58,114 nt of DNA from positions 1 to 58,114 of the IMG/VR virus record IMGVR_UViG_3300020428_000001. One strand, 5' to 3'. Under the pieces are notes generated by a model. It had not been told where the DNA came from and made no database searches. It was given only the letters and a program-made list of their open reading frames with translations. This DNA is from a virus (lineage: Duplodnaviria > Caudoviricetes). Each line of letters starts with the position of its first letter. The stretch's first letter is position 1. The position numbers were made by a program, and so were the translations under genes. This document shows positions 24,932-33,560 of this stretch, piece by piece.

Positions 24932-26539
24932 ATGCAAAATAGTAAAAGATATTCATGTCCTGATTGTGGAAGTTCTGATGGAGTTATGATAGATCCTGAA
25001 GATGGACACACATTTTGCTTTGCTTGTGGAGTATATAACTCAAAATATAAAGGAAATAAGATGGATGAACCCATTACCGATACAGATAATAACTTCGAAT
25101 TACAACTCAACGATATTCATAACTATCCTAGTCTTGATATGCCTAGTAGGCGTATTTCTAAAAAGGTAGTAGAATTCTTTGGTGTAAAGACTCATCAATA
25201 CAACGATAAACCGGCTCATTTCTATCCTTATGATAATGATTGTTATAAAGTTAGAATATTACCAAAAGAATTTAGACTAATAGGAAAACCAAAGAAATTA
25301 TTTGGACAACGAGAATTTGGTTCTGGTGGTAAGATGTTAGTTATTACAGAAGGAGAACTTGATGCACTCAGCGTAGCTCAAGCGTCTATGGATACTAATA
25401 ATAGAATATGGCCTGTTGTATCTATTCCTTCAGCAAATCAATTACAAGTAGTTTTAGAAAATAGAAACTGGATTAGACAATTTGAGAAAGTAGTAATATG
25501 GATGGACGCAGACGAGGCCGGTCAAAAGGCCATTACGGAAATATCGAAAATTATTGGCTTCGACAAAGTAAGAATAGTAAATCTGAATGGGAAAGAAAAA
25601 GATGCGAGCGATGTATATATGACGAGTGGCGCTGCACAGGTTTCTTCGGTAATTTGGAATGCCAGTTCTTACAGTCCAGCTGGGATAGTCGTAGGAGAAA
25701 AGATTTGGGAGAGGTTTCAAGAAAGACAGAAAGTTCAATCAATTCCTTATCCAAAATGTTTAGATGGATTAAACGAAAAATTAAAAGGATTGAGATTTGG
25801 AGAAATTAGTTTATTTACTAGTGGAACTGGATCAGGTAAAAGTACTGTATTAAAAGAAATTATCCTTAATATATTAAATACTACTGATTCAAAAGTTGGT
25901 TTAATATCTTTAGAAGAAAGCGTTGGAGATACAGCTGAGAAATTTATTGGTATGCAAATCAATAAAAGAATTGGTGATGATGATGTACCTATTTCTCAAG
26001 ATTTATTAAGATCTGGATTTGAAAGTATATTTAGTGATGAAAGATTAATTCTTCTTGACCATCAGGGATCTGTAGGTGATAACAGTTTAATAGACAAGAT
26101 GGAATATATGGCTCTTATGGGTTGTAAATACCTTGTATTAGATCATATTACTATTGCTGTATCTGAAGGTAGTGAAGGATTATCTGGAAATGAAGCTATA
26201 GATAAAGTTATGTCTGACTTACTTAAAGTAGTAAAGAAGCATGATGTTTGGTTAGGTTTAGTAAGTCATTTACGTAAGTCTGGAAGTAAAGCTTTTGAAG
26301 AAGGTAATATGGCTTCAATAGATGATGTAAAAGGCAGTGGTAGTATCAAACAAATATCATTTGATATTATAGCTTTTTCTAGAAATCTTACAGCTCATCT
26401 TGAAGAAGAGCGAAATCAAATCAAATTAACTGTATTAAAATCAAGATTTACTGGTAAAACTGGACCAGCTGGTACAGCTATATACGATTCAGAAACTGGA
26501 AGATTAAAAGATGGGAGTACTGAATTTGGGATATTATAA
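24932..26539 (+). CDS. Primase-helicase (T7 gp4-like)
   Basis: CPDC..CFAC zinc domain, ITEGELDA and WMDADEAG TOPRIM, SGTGSGKS Walker A, LDHIT, SHLRK and KSRFTG. Confidence 0.96.
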   Translation: MQNSKRYSCPDCGSSDGVMIDPEDGHTFCFACGVYNSKYKGNKMDEPITDTDNNFELQLNDIHNYPSLDMPSRRISKKVVEFFGVKTHQYNDKPAHFYPYDNDCYKVRILPKEFRLIGKPKKLFGQREFGSGGKMLVITEGELDALSVAQASMDTNNRIWPVVSIPSANQLQVVLENRNWIRQFEKVVIWMDADEAGQKAITEISKIIGFDKVRIVNLNGKEKDASDVYMTSGAAQVSSVIWNASSYSPAGIVVGEKIWERFQERQKVQSIPYPKCLDGLNEKLKGLRFGEISLFTSGTGSGKSTVLKEIILNILNTTDSKVGLISLEESVGDTAEKFIGMQINKRIGDDDVPISQDLLRSGFESIFSDERLILLDHQGSVGDNSLIDKMEYMALMGCKYLVLDHITIAVSEGSEGLSGNEAIDKVMSDLLKVVKKHDVWLGLVSHLRKSGSKAFEEGNMASIDDVKGSGSIKQISFDIIAFSRNLTAHLEEERNQIKLTVLKSRFTGKTGPAGTAIYDSETGRLKDGSTEFGIL

Positions 26540-26975
26540 AAATAAGCAAATCAAAAATGATGAATTATATATGGGAATCGCAGAAGTAGTTGCTCTGCGA
26601 TCTCATGATGATAAACACCAAGTTGGAGCTGTTATAGCTGATGGTAATAAGATATTAAGTTATGGTTGGAATGGTACTCCACACGGTATGGATAATAATA
26701 CAAGATATAATAATGGAAAAACTAAATGGGAGGTAATACATGCGGAAGCAAATGCAATATGTAAATTGGCTTCATCAAACTCGTCGTCGAAGAATTCCAC
26801 TCTATATACGACTATATCACCGTGTATTGAATGTACTAAGCTTATTCTTCAATCACAAATAAATAGAGTTGTATATAAAGAAGTTTATAATGCAGATGTA
26901 AATGGTAAACGTGTACCTCAATTACAAGCTATAGAGTTTTTGAAATCTAATGGAGTTAAAGTTGAGAAATATTAA
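26511..26975 (+). CDS. dCMP deaminase
   Basis: VGAVI, GWNGTP, HAEANAI and SPCIEC zinc motifs. Confidence 0.92.
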   Translation: MGVLNLGYYKNKQIKNDELYMGIAEVVALRSHDDKHQVGAVIADGNKILSYGWNGTPHGMDNNTRYNNGKTKWEVIHAEANAICKLASSNSSSKNSTLYTTISPCIECTKLILQSQINRVVYKEVYNADVNGKRVPQLQAIEFLKSNGVKVEKY

Positions 26976-27423
26976 AGTAAGAGAAGGAACTGATGAAGTA
27001 ATAAAATATCCTGACGATATGTTTTGTGTTTATACTCATAGAGATCCAGAAACATTAGATGTAGTTTATGTAGGTAAAGGTACATTACATAGAGCGTTTC
27101 AAATAGTTAATAGAGGTTATGACCACCATCTATGGTTGTTAGACAAATTAAAAGAATTTGAAATACAAGAAATAGTAAATATAAAAGGTGGTAATATGAC
27201 TGAAGGTGAGGCTTTAGTTGTAGAAACTCATGAAATTAAATGCTGCTTAAGATCCGGATGTAACTTATATAATGTTACTCATAATCCGTATCGCAGAACA
27301 AGGAGAAATAATAATGCAAGAGATAATGGAATATCTGGAGCAAAAAATATTGAATGCGCCACAAAGGTGGGCAATAAAGTTAGTGAAAGAGAACGAATTA
27401 GAAACGAAGAAATTAGTTCTTGA
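26950..27423 (+). CDS. GIY-YIG family nuclease-like protein
   Basis: CVYTHRDP...VVYVGKG...RA, a conserved E and LYN; overlaps the RNAP start. Confidence 0.65.
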   Translation: MELKLRNIKVREGTDEVIKYPDDMFCVYTHRDPETLDVVYVGKGTLHRAFQIVNRGYDHHLWLLDKLKEFEIQEIVNIKGGNMTEGEALVVETHEIKCCLRSGCNLYNVTHNPYRRTRRNNNARDNGISGAKNIECATKVGNKVSERERIRNEEISS

Positions 27424-29677
27424 TGCGTTAACTATATTACAATATCATTTTAGAAAGACTTCTACGTCTGAGTCTGCAACATGTAAATTAACTGCAGCTT
27501 CTTGTGCTATAGGAAAGAATGTATTACTTCATAAAGGAAAAGAATTAGGATTTAGAGCTGATGTAACTATCGGTGATTTTGTTCTTGAAGGATTTTATGA
27601 ATGTGGATATATTAAGATAGTTAGAGCTCCAACAGAAGCTCAAATAGCATGGGAAAAGAATCCAATAGGTAAAAGACCTTTTAGTAGAGCTCCATATATG
27701 ATTGAAACCTCAAAACGATGGAAAGAAATAGGAAGTTTACCTGATGTAGTAGTAAATGAGCTTATTCAAAATACTGCCTTTAAAAAGATTAAGAAGGTTC
27801 ATAGTCTTTATCAAGATAACGGATACCCAGTAATAAAGCATTGGGGCTTTGATCGTGATAAAGAATTTAAAGAACTTTTAGATGAACCTTTTATAAAAGC
27901 AATTAATAAGTTACAGAAAACTGCATGGAAGATTGATACAGAAATATTAGAAGCTGTAGAAAATAATAAAGATAAGTTTGTAAAAGAAACTTTAGAAGTT
28001 CTTGATAGCAGAAAGCAAAAATATAATTACTGTATTTTTGGTAATAATAAAGAGTTAGAAGGTAAAGAACTATATTGGAATAAGCATATCTTTAGACCTG
28101 ATTTAGGTAATAAATCTTTAGAAAAGAAATATTATGGAGAACTAAGAAGGCTTACTAATAAACTTAAGAATAAAGTTAATAAGAAACCGTTAGAGAGAAT
28201 GCAAAAGAAATATGATGAAGCTGCAACTCATTGGAATGCTAAATTAGTTTTACTTAAAAATAGAAGTAAGTTTGATGCGTATAATATGACACTTCAAAAG
28301 GCAAAAGCTTTATCAAATAAAATATTCTTTCAATATGTAGATGCTGATTATCGTGGTAGATTATATTATAGAGAGTCTTATTTAAATTATCAAGGAAAAG
28401 ATATAGAAAGAGGTTTATTAAAGTTTGCTGAACCTAAAGAAATGACTGAAGAAGGTTTATATAATTTATCTATATATACTGCATGTTGTTTCAATCAATC
28501 TTATAGTATTGATTCTATACCTAGTTGGTGTGAAAACGATTATGTATCTTACTTAGATGAGCAAGGTCTTACTGATATATCTATTGATAAAATGAATATT
28601 GATGATAGAGTAAGATGGGTTTTAAATAATCAAGACTTTATAATAAATACTTGGAAGAACCGTACTATACATGAAAACGCTGAAAAACCTGTTGGATTTT
28701 TAGCTTGTTGTAAAGAATGGTGTGCATTCTGGGACACCAAGTCAGAAGATGGTGTATATACTACCAACTTGCCAATCCCTATTGACGGTTCTAATAACGG
28801 TTGGCAACACTTATCTGCTATATCTAAAGACGAGCAGGCAGGAGAATTAGTAGGTTTAGTTCCAACTAAAATACCTAAAGACTTTTATGTTGAAACTGCT
28901 AAAGCTTTAAAGTCTCGTATGCCTGAATGGTTTAAGTCTAGAGTAATACCTATGAAGCATATACGTAAAGGTATATCTAAAAGAGGTTCTATGACTAGAG
29001 CTTATAGTGCAGGCCATTTAGCTATAGCTTTAAATATGTATGCAGATTGTTATGCTGAAGGTTATCATAGTAAGTATAATATAACTATGTCAGATTGTAA
29101 TGACTTATCTTTTAATCTTATAAGAGCTATAGATGAAGTTTGTCCTGGCCCTTTAGAGACTATGAGTTATTTACAAAAGTTAGCTAATCATATTATTGCA
29201 GACTTAAATGAGCCAGTAATTAAATGGATAACGCCATCTGGTTTTCCAGTTACGTATGAAAATTATGTTATGGAAGATATAAAATGGAAATCTTGGATAT
29301 CTGATATGAGAATTGAGCATGTTGGTAATGAACCAAGATTAATATATGGTAAGAAAATACCAAGTCCAGGTGGGTTTGCTTCAGGAATAAGTCCTAATTT
29401 TATTCATAGTATGGATGCTGCTCATATGGCTATTATTGTAGCTAATTGGGATGGAGAATTTGCAGCTATACATGATTCATTCTCTACTCATGCAAAAGAT
29501 GTAGGAGATTTACTAGACTTAACTAAAGAAGTTTTTATAGCAATGTATAATCATAAAGATTATTATAAGTGTATTGCTGAGATGCTTTTAGATAAGCCTG
29601 AGGACTTCAAATATAATTATAAGTTAGGTAAATTGCAAATAGAAGAAATTGCTAATAGCGATTACTTCTTTGCATAG
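27314..29677 (+). CDS. Single-subunit T7-like RNA polymerase (RNAP-2, 787 aa)
   Basis: DYRGRLY, PIDGSNNGWQH (motif A), KRGSMTRAY (motif B), PNFIHSMDA and IHDSF (motif C); start refined to MQEIME (AGGAG RBS). Confidence 0.95.
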   Translation: MQEIMEYLEQKILNAPQRWAIKLVKENELETKKLVLDALTILQYHFRKTSTSESATCKLTAASCAIGKNVLLHKGKELGFRADVTIGDFVLEGFYECGYIKIVRAPTEAQIAWEKNPIGKRPFSRAPYMIETSKRWKEIGSLPDVVVNELIQNTAFKKIKKVHSLYQDNGYPVIKHWGFDRDKEFKELLDEPFIKAINKLQKTAWKIDTEILEAVENNKDKFVKETLEVLDSRKQKYNYCIFGNNKELEGKELYWNKHIFRPDLGNKSLEKKYYGELRRLTNKLKNKVNKKPLERMQKKYDEAATHWNAKLVLLKNRSKFDAYNMTLQKAKALSNKIFFQYVDADYRGRLYYRESYLNYQGKDIERGLLKFAEPKEMTEEGLYNLSIYTACCFNQSYSIDSIPSWCENDYVSYLDEQGLTDISIDKMNIDDRVRWVLNNQDFIINTWKNRTIHENAEKPVGFLACCKEWCAFWDTKSEDGVYTTNLPIPIDGSNNGWQHLSAISKDEQAGELVGLVPTKIPKDFYVETAKALKSRMPEWFKSRVIPMKHIRKGISKRGSMTRAYSAGHLAIALNMYADCYAEGYHSKYNITMSDCNDLSFNLIRAIDEVCPGPLETMSYLQKLANHIIADLNEPVIKWITPSGFPVTYENYVMEDIKWKSWISDMRIEHVGNEPRLIYGKKIPSPGGFASGISPNFIHSMDAAHMAIIVANWDGEFAAIHDSFSTHAKDVGDLLDLTKEVFIAMYNHKDYYKCIAEMLLDKPEDFKYNYKLGKLQIEEIANSDYFFA

Positions 29678-29685
29678 GAGGGAGT

Positions 29686-29838
29686 GTGTTTACTATACAT
29701 GAAAATGGAACTATAGGACTTGACATGAATAAAGTCGAGTATATACATAAATACGGAATAGTTTTTAAAGACGGTAAAGAATTAATTTTACCACAAACTG
29801 TTATAAAGAAAGTAATAAAAAGATTTATTCGTATTTAA
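29686..29838 (+). CDS. Small hypothetical protein (50 aa)
   Basis: GGAGG RBS and GTG start; last gene before the terminator. Confidence 0.55.
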   Translation: MFTIHENGTIGLDMNKVEYIHKYGIVFKDGKELILPQTVIKKVIKRFIRI

Positions 29839-29839
29839 T

Positions 29840-29893
29840 AAAAAAAAAAGGGGTACCTTAGCGTAATGCTTTGGTACCCCTATTTTTTTTTTT
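29840..29893. terminator. Bidirectional intrinsic terminator between the converging arms
   Basis: A10, then the GGGGTACC...GGTACCCC stem, then a T-rich tract. Confidence 0.9.
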
Positions 29894-32800
29894 AACCAAT
29901 ATCTATTTGTAAGATCTTAGAGTCAGCTTTTTTCTGTAATGCTATTAATTCGTCTTTAGCTTTACGTACTTGATTTATAGTTTTCTGGTTTCTTACATTT
30001 AAATTTAATGCTTGCATAATTCTATCAAACACTGCTAACATCTCATTACCAGTCATAGAAGTAGTTACTTCTGGATTATTAAATCTACTTCCCATTATAG
30101 ACTTAACCATAGCAGCAGCTCTCTTTTTCTTTTCCCATTCAAACTTTCCTATTGGAGTTCCTTTAGGTCTTTGTTCAAATTCCATAGTATCATACATTAG
30201 AAATTGTAAGTTCTTATAAGGTGGGTTCCTTTCAGGATCCATAGGTGCTTTAGGATTAACACGTTCTGGGTCTAACATCCAACCAAATCCTCTAAAATCA
30301 GTATCCATTTCAACACTAACTTCTGAGTTACCTAATTCTTTTAATTGAGTTCTAAATTTGTCTATAGTTTTTGGCGCCCAATCTCCCATGATCCCATCTA
30401 CATAAGAAAACTCTTTAATAACATTCCACCAGTTATTATTAGCATGCTCTCGTACTCTTCTAGCACTCGCCAGGTCTGTCTTTACAGCATCCATGATAGG
30501 TAACATGTAATCTTTCTTTAATTGTTTCCACGAACTTCCTGTAAACATTGAATTCATCCATGCGCCATCCACTCCTTGTATAACGGCGGGAATTACTCGT
30601 CCTCTTCCCCATCCTCCAGGAGTTTCTTCTCCTTGGGAGTTAACTCTTATAGCAGAACCAGCTGGTTTAGATTCGTATAAAGGAACTGCTCCAACTTTTC
30701 TACCACTAGGTAATGTAATACTTAAATTAGCTTTATCTTTAACAATAGATTGTTTAGCACCAATATAAGTATCATAACCAATAGCGTTTTTCATAGTCAT
30801 AATATCATTAGATAATAAAGCAACGACATTATTAGCTCTTAGTAGTTGGCCTACTTGAACTATTCCCGGATGAAGTTCAGTATCGATAGCATCTGCAAGA
30901 ATGTCATGAAGAAAACTTACAGTAACGTCTTCTTTACTTTGCATTGGACCGCCTTTCTTTACTAAGAACTTAGCTACTTCAGGCTTATCTAAAATTGCTC
31001 TAATCTTTTGAGCTTGAGGACCTGTAAAGATAGTATCTTTAATAGCACCTTTTAAGTTCTTTAAAAGCTGACCATAACTTAATGTCATAGGTGGTTTCTT
31101 AAGAAAATTATCTCTATCTTTTATAGCTAACTCTAATATCTCATATAAATATGGAGAAAGAGTCTCATCATTAGTAAAATTTTGAGCATACTTTTGACCT
31201 TCTGAAAGCATCATATATGCCATTCCATCTCTAATGTCTCCAGCCTGCATATCAACTTCAGTTTCATTACCATTATATAATTCAGTTAAAGTAAAATCAT
31301 CTAAGTTTTTAACAGCATCTCCTTTTCTTAGTACCCCTCCTCTATAAGCAGCTCTAATAGAACCTAATAACATTAAGTTAGTTAAAGGTCCATGAGTTTT
31401 ACCATCAATCTCTACTCCTAAATTAGAATAAAATGAAGTATTATTATCAAAAGCTTGAGCATATCTAAATAACTCATTAGTAGCTTCTATTAATTGAAGT
31501 CCTTCTAATCCTTCTGATTGAGCCTTTTCTAAAAGAGAAGAATTAACATTTAGCTTAGGCATATTCTGTAATTCAGGCGGAATGTTAATAAACTCAGTTC
31601 CATTTTGATTTACATCTAATTTTATTTGCTTCATCAAATTTGTATATTGAGTATCTTGTTCCGGAGTTAGAAGTGATTCGTTTATAGATCTACCTGCCTT
31701 GATGAGCGCACCAAAAAGAGCACCATGGCCGGGAGCATTCCATTCTGCGTCAAACGCTTTTACTCTTTCGTCTGGAAGAAGTTTAGAAGCGCCTTTAATA
31801 AACAATGCAGCCATCATTTCTTTGAACATAAGTTCAGTATCATTATTACTTTTTGGTTTAACTTCACTAGGCTTAAGACCACCAGTAATATATCTCATCC
31901 ATGGCTGTAGTTGTGGATTAAAATCATTAGTAACATGCATTCTACTTTGCAATTCTTGAACTGCATAATCAAGATGCTTAGACTTATTACTTTCAAGAGC
32001 TGTTTGATTTAGATAATCTAAAAACCTAGTTATTTGTTTTTCCATTTCATAACTAGGATTATAATCAGTATTTGGATCTTCTAATCTTTTCTTAGCAAGC
32101 TCTCCTCTAAAAGATATAAACTTATCCATTCCAATTTTAAATAAGTTTCCTACTTTAGGTAATTCATTTCCTCTTTTAATTCCACTTAACGCTTCCATAG
32201 CTAATTGATAAACTATTTTACGTCTTAATGGATCTACTTGATGAGCTACAGAATTAGCATTTTCTTTTGCTTCTTCTACTTTTCTCATACGTCTATTAAC
32301 AACAGCAGTAGTTTTCTCTTTTCTTATAAGTCTTGATTCTCCTTCTTGACCAAGTCTTCTTATCACAGGTCTTGGAGCGTTAGCTGCTGGTTTCTTTGGT
32401 TTTGCAAAAACTTCAGGTGAGGATTCTGCGGCCGCTTTTATAGTCTTTGCCCCAACTGGAGTTAAACTATATATAATAGTAGAACCACTAGGACTCTCAT
32501 TTCTTTCATACATCATTGGATTAGCAGCATGATACATTTCTTTAGCTACTGTTCCTATATATTCAAATTGATCTTGACCAACTCCACTTTCAGAAAACTC
32601 GTCTGAAGGACGACCTTCCATTCTATTTTGTTCTCTTTTCCATGATCTAAAAATCTCTCTTCCTAATAAAGCATTTCCAGCTCCTCTACTTAGACCTCCT
32701 TCTTCATCTACTTGTACTTCTGGTCTGTCTTGTAATGCAGATAACGGATCATTAGCGTCAAACTGAACTTCTTGTTCTGAACCTATTTGAGTATTATAAA

Positions 32801-33560
32801 CAAATTTTTCAGTAGTAAGACCCATGATTCTACCGAATAACGGATGAACTACTAAATCATTATTCTCTAATATTTGACCAGCATTAAATCCTTTACTATC
32901 AAATAAGATACCTTTAAGAGATAATGGATCTACACCTACAGCTTCAGGATCTAATCCCATTGCCATAGGTAAAGTTTTCTCATAAAAGTTTTTATCAGTT
33001 TGTATATTACCTTCAGTATCTTTTGGACTGGCTGTAATATAACCTCCACCAACAGTAGCTTTATCATTTATTTTACTATGAAATAATGTAGTAAAGTTAT
33101 CTGCTCTTTGAACTTGCAATCCAAAACCATCATTATCTACACTATCTAAGTTTAGTACTTGTGGTTTTAATTCAGATAATGGATTAACTCTTTCTTCTTC
33201 TCTAGTTTCTATAGCTGATTGAGCATATTTTTGTTCTTCATATCTCTTTTTACTATTATCTACTTGTTTAAGAAATTCTTGAGAAGATTTTGGAGAAGCA
33301 CTTCTATATTTATCTAATTGTCTTATTACAGTTTTCTGTTCAGGACCTTCTACCGTTTCTTCCGGAGCTCCAGTAAAAACAGTATCAGTATTTACTTCTG
33401 CTGTCTTCAAAGAAGCTGGTCCTGCTTCTCTTAATTTTTCGACGATAGTTTTAGGTCTTTCAACCTTTTCTTGACCATATTCTCTCTGTAACAAAGCTTC
33501 TCTAGCGGCTTCAGCCATTGCTTCTTTCTTTGTTTGAACTGGTATTACTTTTATAGCCAT
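29892..33560 (-). CDS. Putative virion-encapsidated single-subunit RNA polymerase (N4 vRNAP-like)
   Basis: SRMHVTNDFNPQ, EIDGKTHGP (motif A), R....KKPPMTLSYG (motif B), IQGVDG and PIMDAV (motif C); no cysteines in 1222 aa; last gene of the ejection-protein block. Confidence 0.8.
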   Translation of the reverse strand: MAIKVIPVQTKKEAMAEAAREALLQREYGQEKVERPKTIVEKLREAGPASLKTAEVNTDTVFTGAPEETVEGPEQKTVIRQLDKYRSASPKSSQEFLKQVDNSKKRYEEQKYAQSAIETREEERVNPLSELKPQVLNLDSVDNDGFGLQVQRADNFTTLFHSKINDKATVGGGYITASPKDTEGNIQTDKNFYEKTLPMAMGLDPEAVGVDPLSLKGILFDSKGFNAGQILENNDLVVHPLFGRIMGLTTEKFVYNTQIGSEQEVQFDANDPLSALQDRPEVQVDEEGGLSRGAGNALLGREIFRSWKREQNRMEGRPSDEFSESGVGQDQFEYIGTVAKEMYHAANPMMYERNESPSGSTIIYSLTPVGAKTIKAAAESSPEVFAKPKKPAANAPRPVIRRLGQEGESRLIRKEKTTAVVNRRMRKVEEAKENANSVAHQVDPLRRKIVYQLAMEALSGIKRGNELPKVGNLFKIGMDKFISFRGELAKKRLEDPNTDYNPSYEMEKQITRFLDYLNQTALESNKSKHLDYAVQELQSRMHVTNDFNPQLQPWMRYITGGLKPSEVKPKSNNDTELMFKEMMAALFIKGASKLLPDERVKAFDAEWNAPGHGALFGALIKAGRSINESLLTPEQDTQYTNLMKQIKLDVNQNGTEFINIPPELQNMPKLNVNSSLLEKAQSEGLEGLQLIEATNELFRYAQAFDNNTSFYSNLGVEIDGKTHGPLTNLMLLGSIRAAYRGGVLRKGDAVKNLDDFTLTELYNGNETEVDMQAGDIRDGMAYMMLSEGQKYAQNFTNDETLSPYLYEILELAIKDRDNFLKKPPMTLSYGQLLKNLKGAIKDTIFTGPQAQKIRAILDKPEVAKFLVKKGGPMQSKEDVTVSFLHDILADAIDTELHPGIVQVGQLLRANNVVALLSNDIMTMKNAIGYDTYIGAKQSIVKDKANLSITLPSGRKVGAVPLYESKPAGSAIRVNSQGEETPGGWGRGRVIPAVIQGVDGAWMNSMFTGSSWKQLKKDYMLPIMDAVKTDLASARRVREHANNNWWNVIKEFSYVDGIMGDWAPKTIDKFRTQLKELGNSEVSVEMDTDFRGFGWMLDPERVNPKAPMDPERNPPYKNLQFLMYDTMEFEQRPKGTPIGKFEWEKKKRAAAMVKSIMGSRFNNPEVTTSMTGNEMLAVFDRIMQALNLNVRNQKTINQVRKAKDELIALQKKADSKILQIDIG

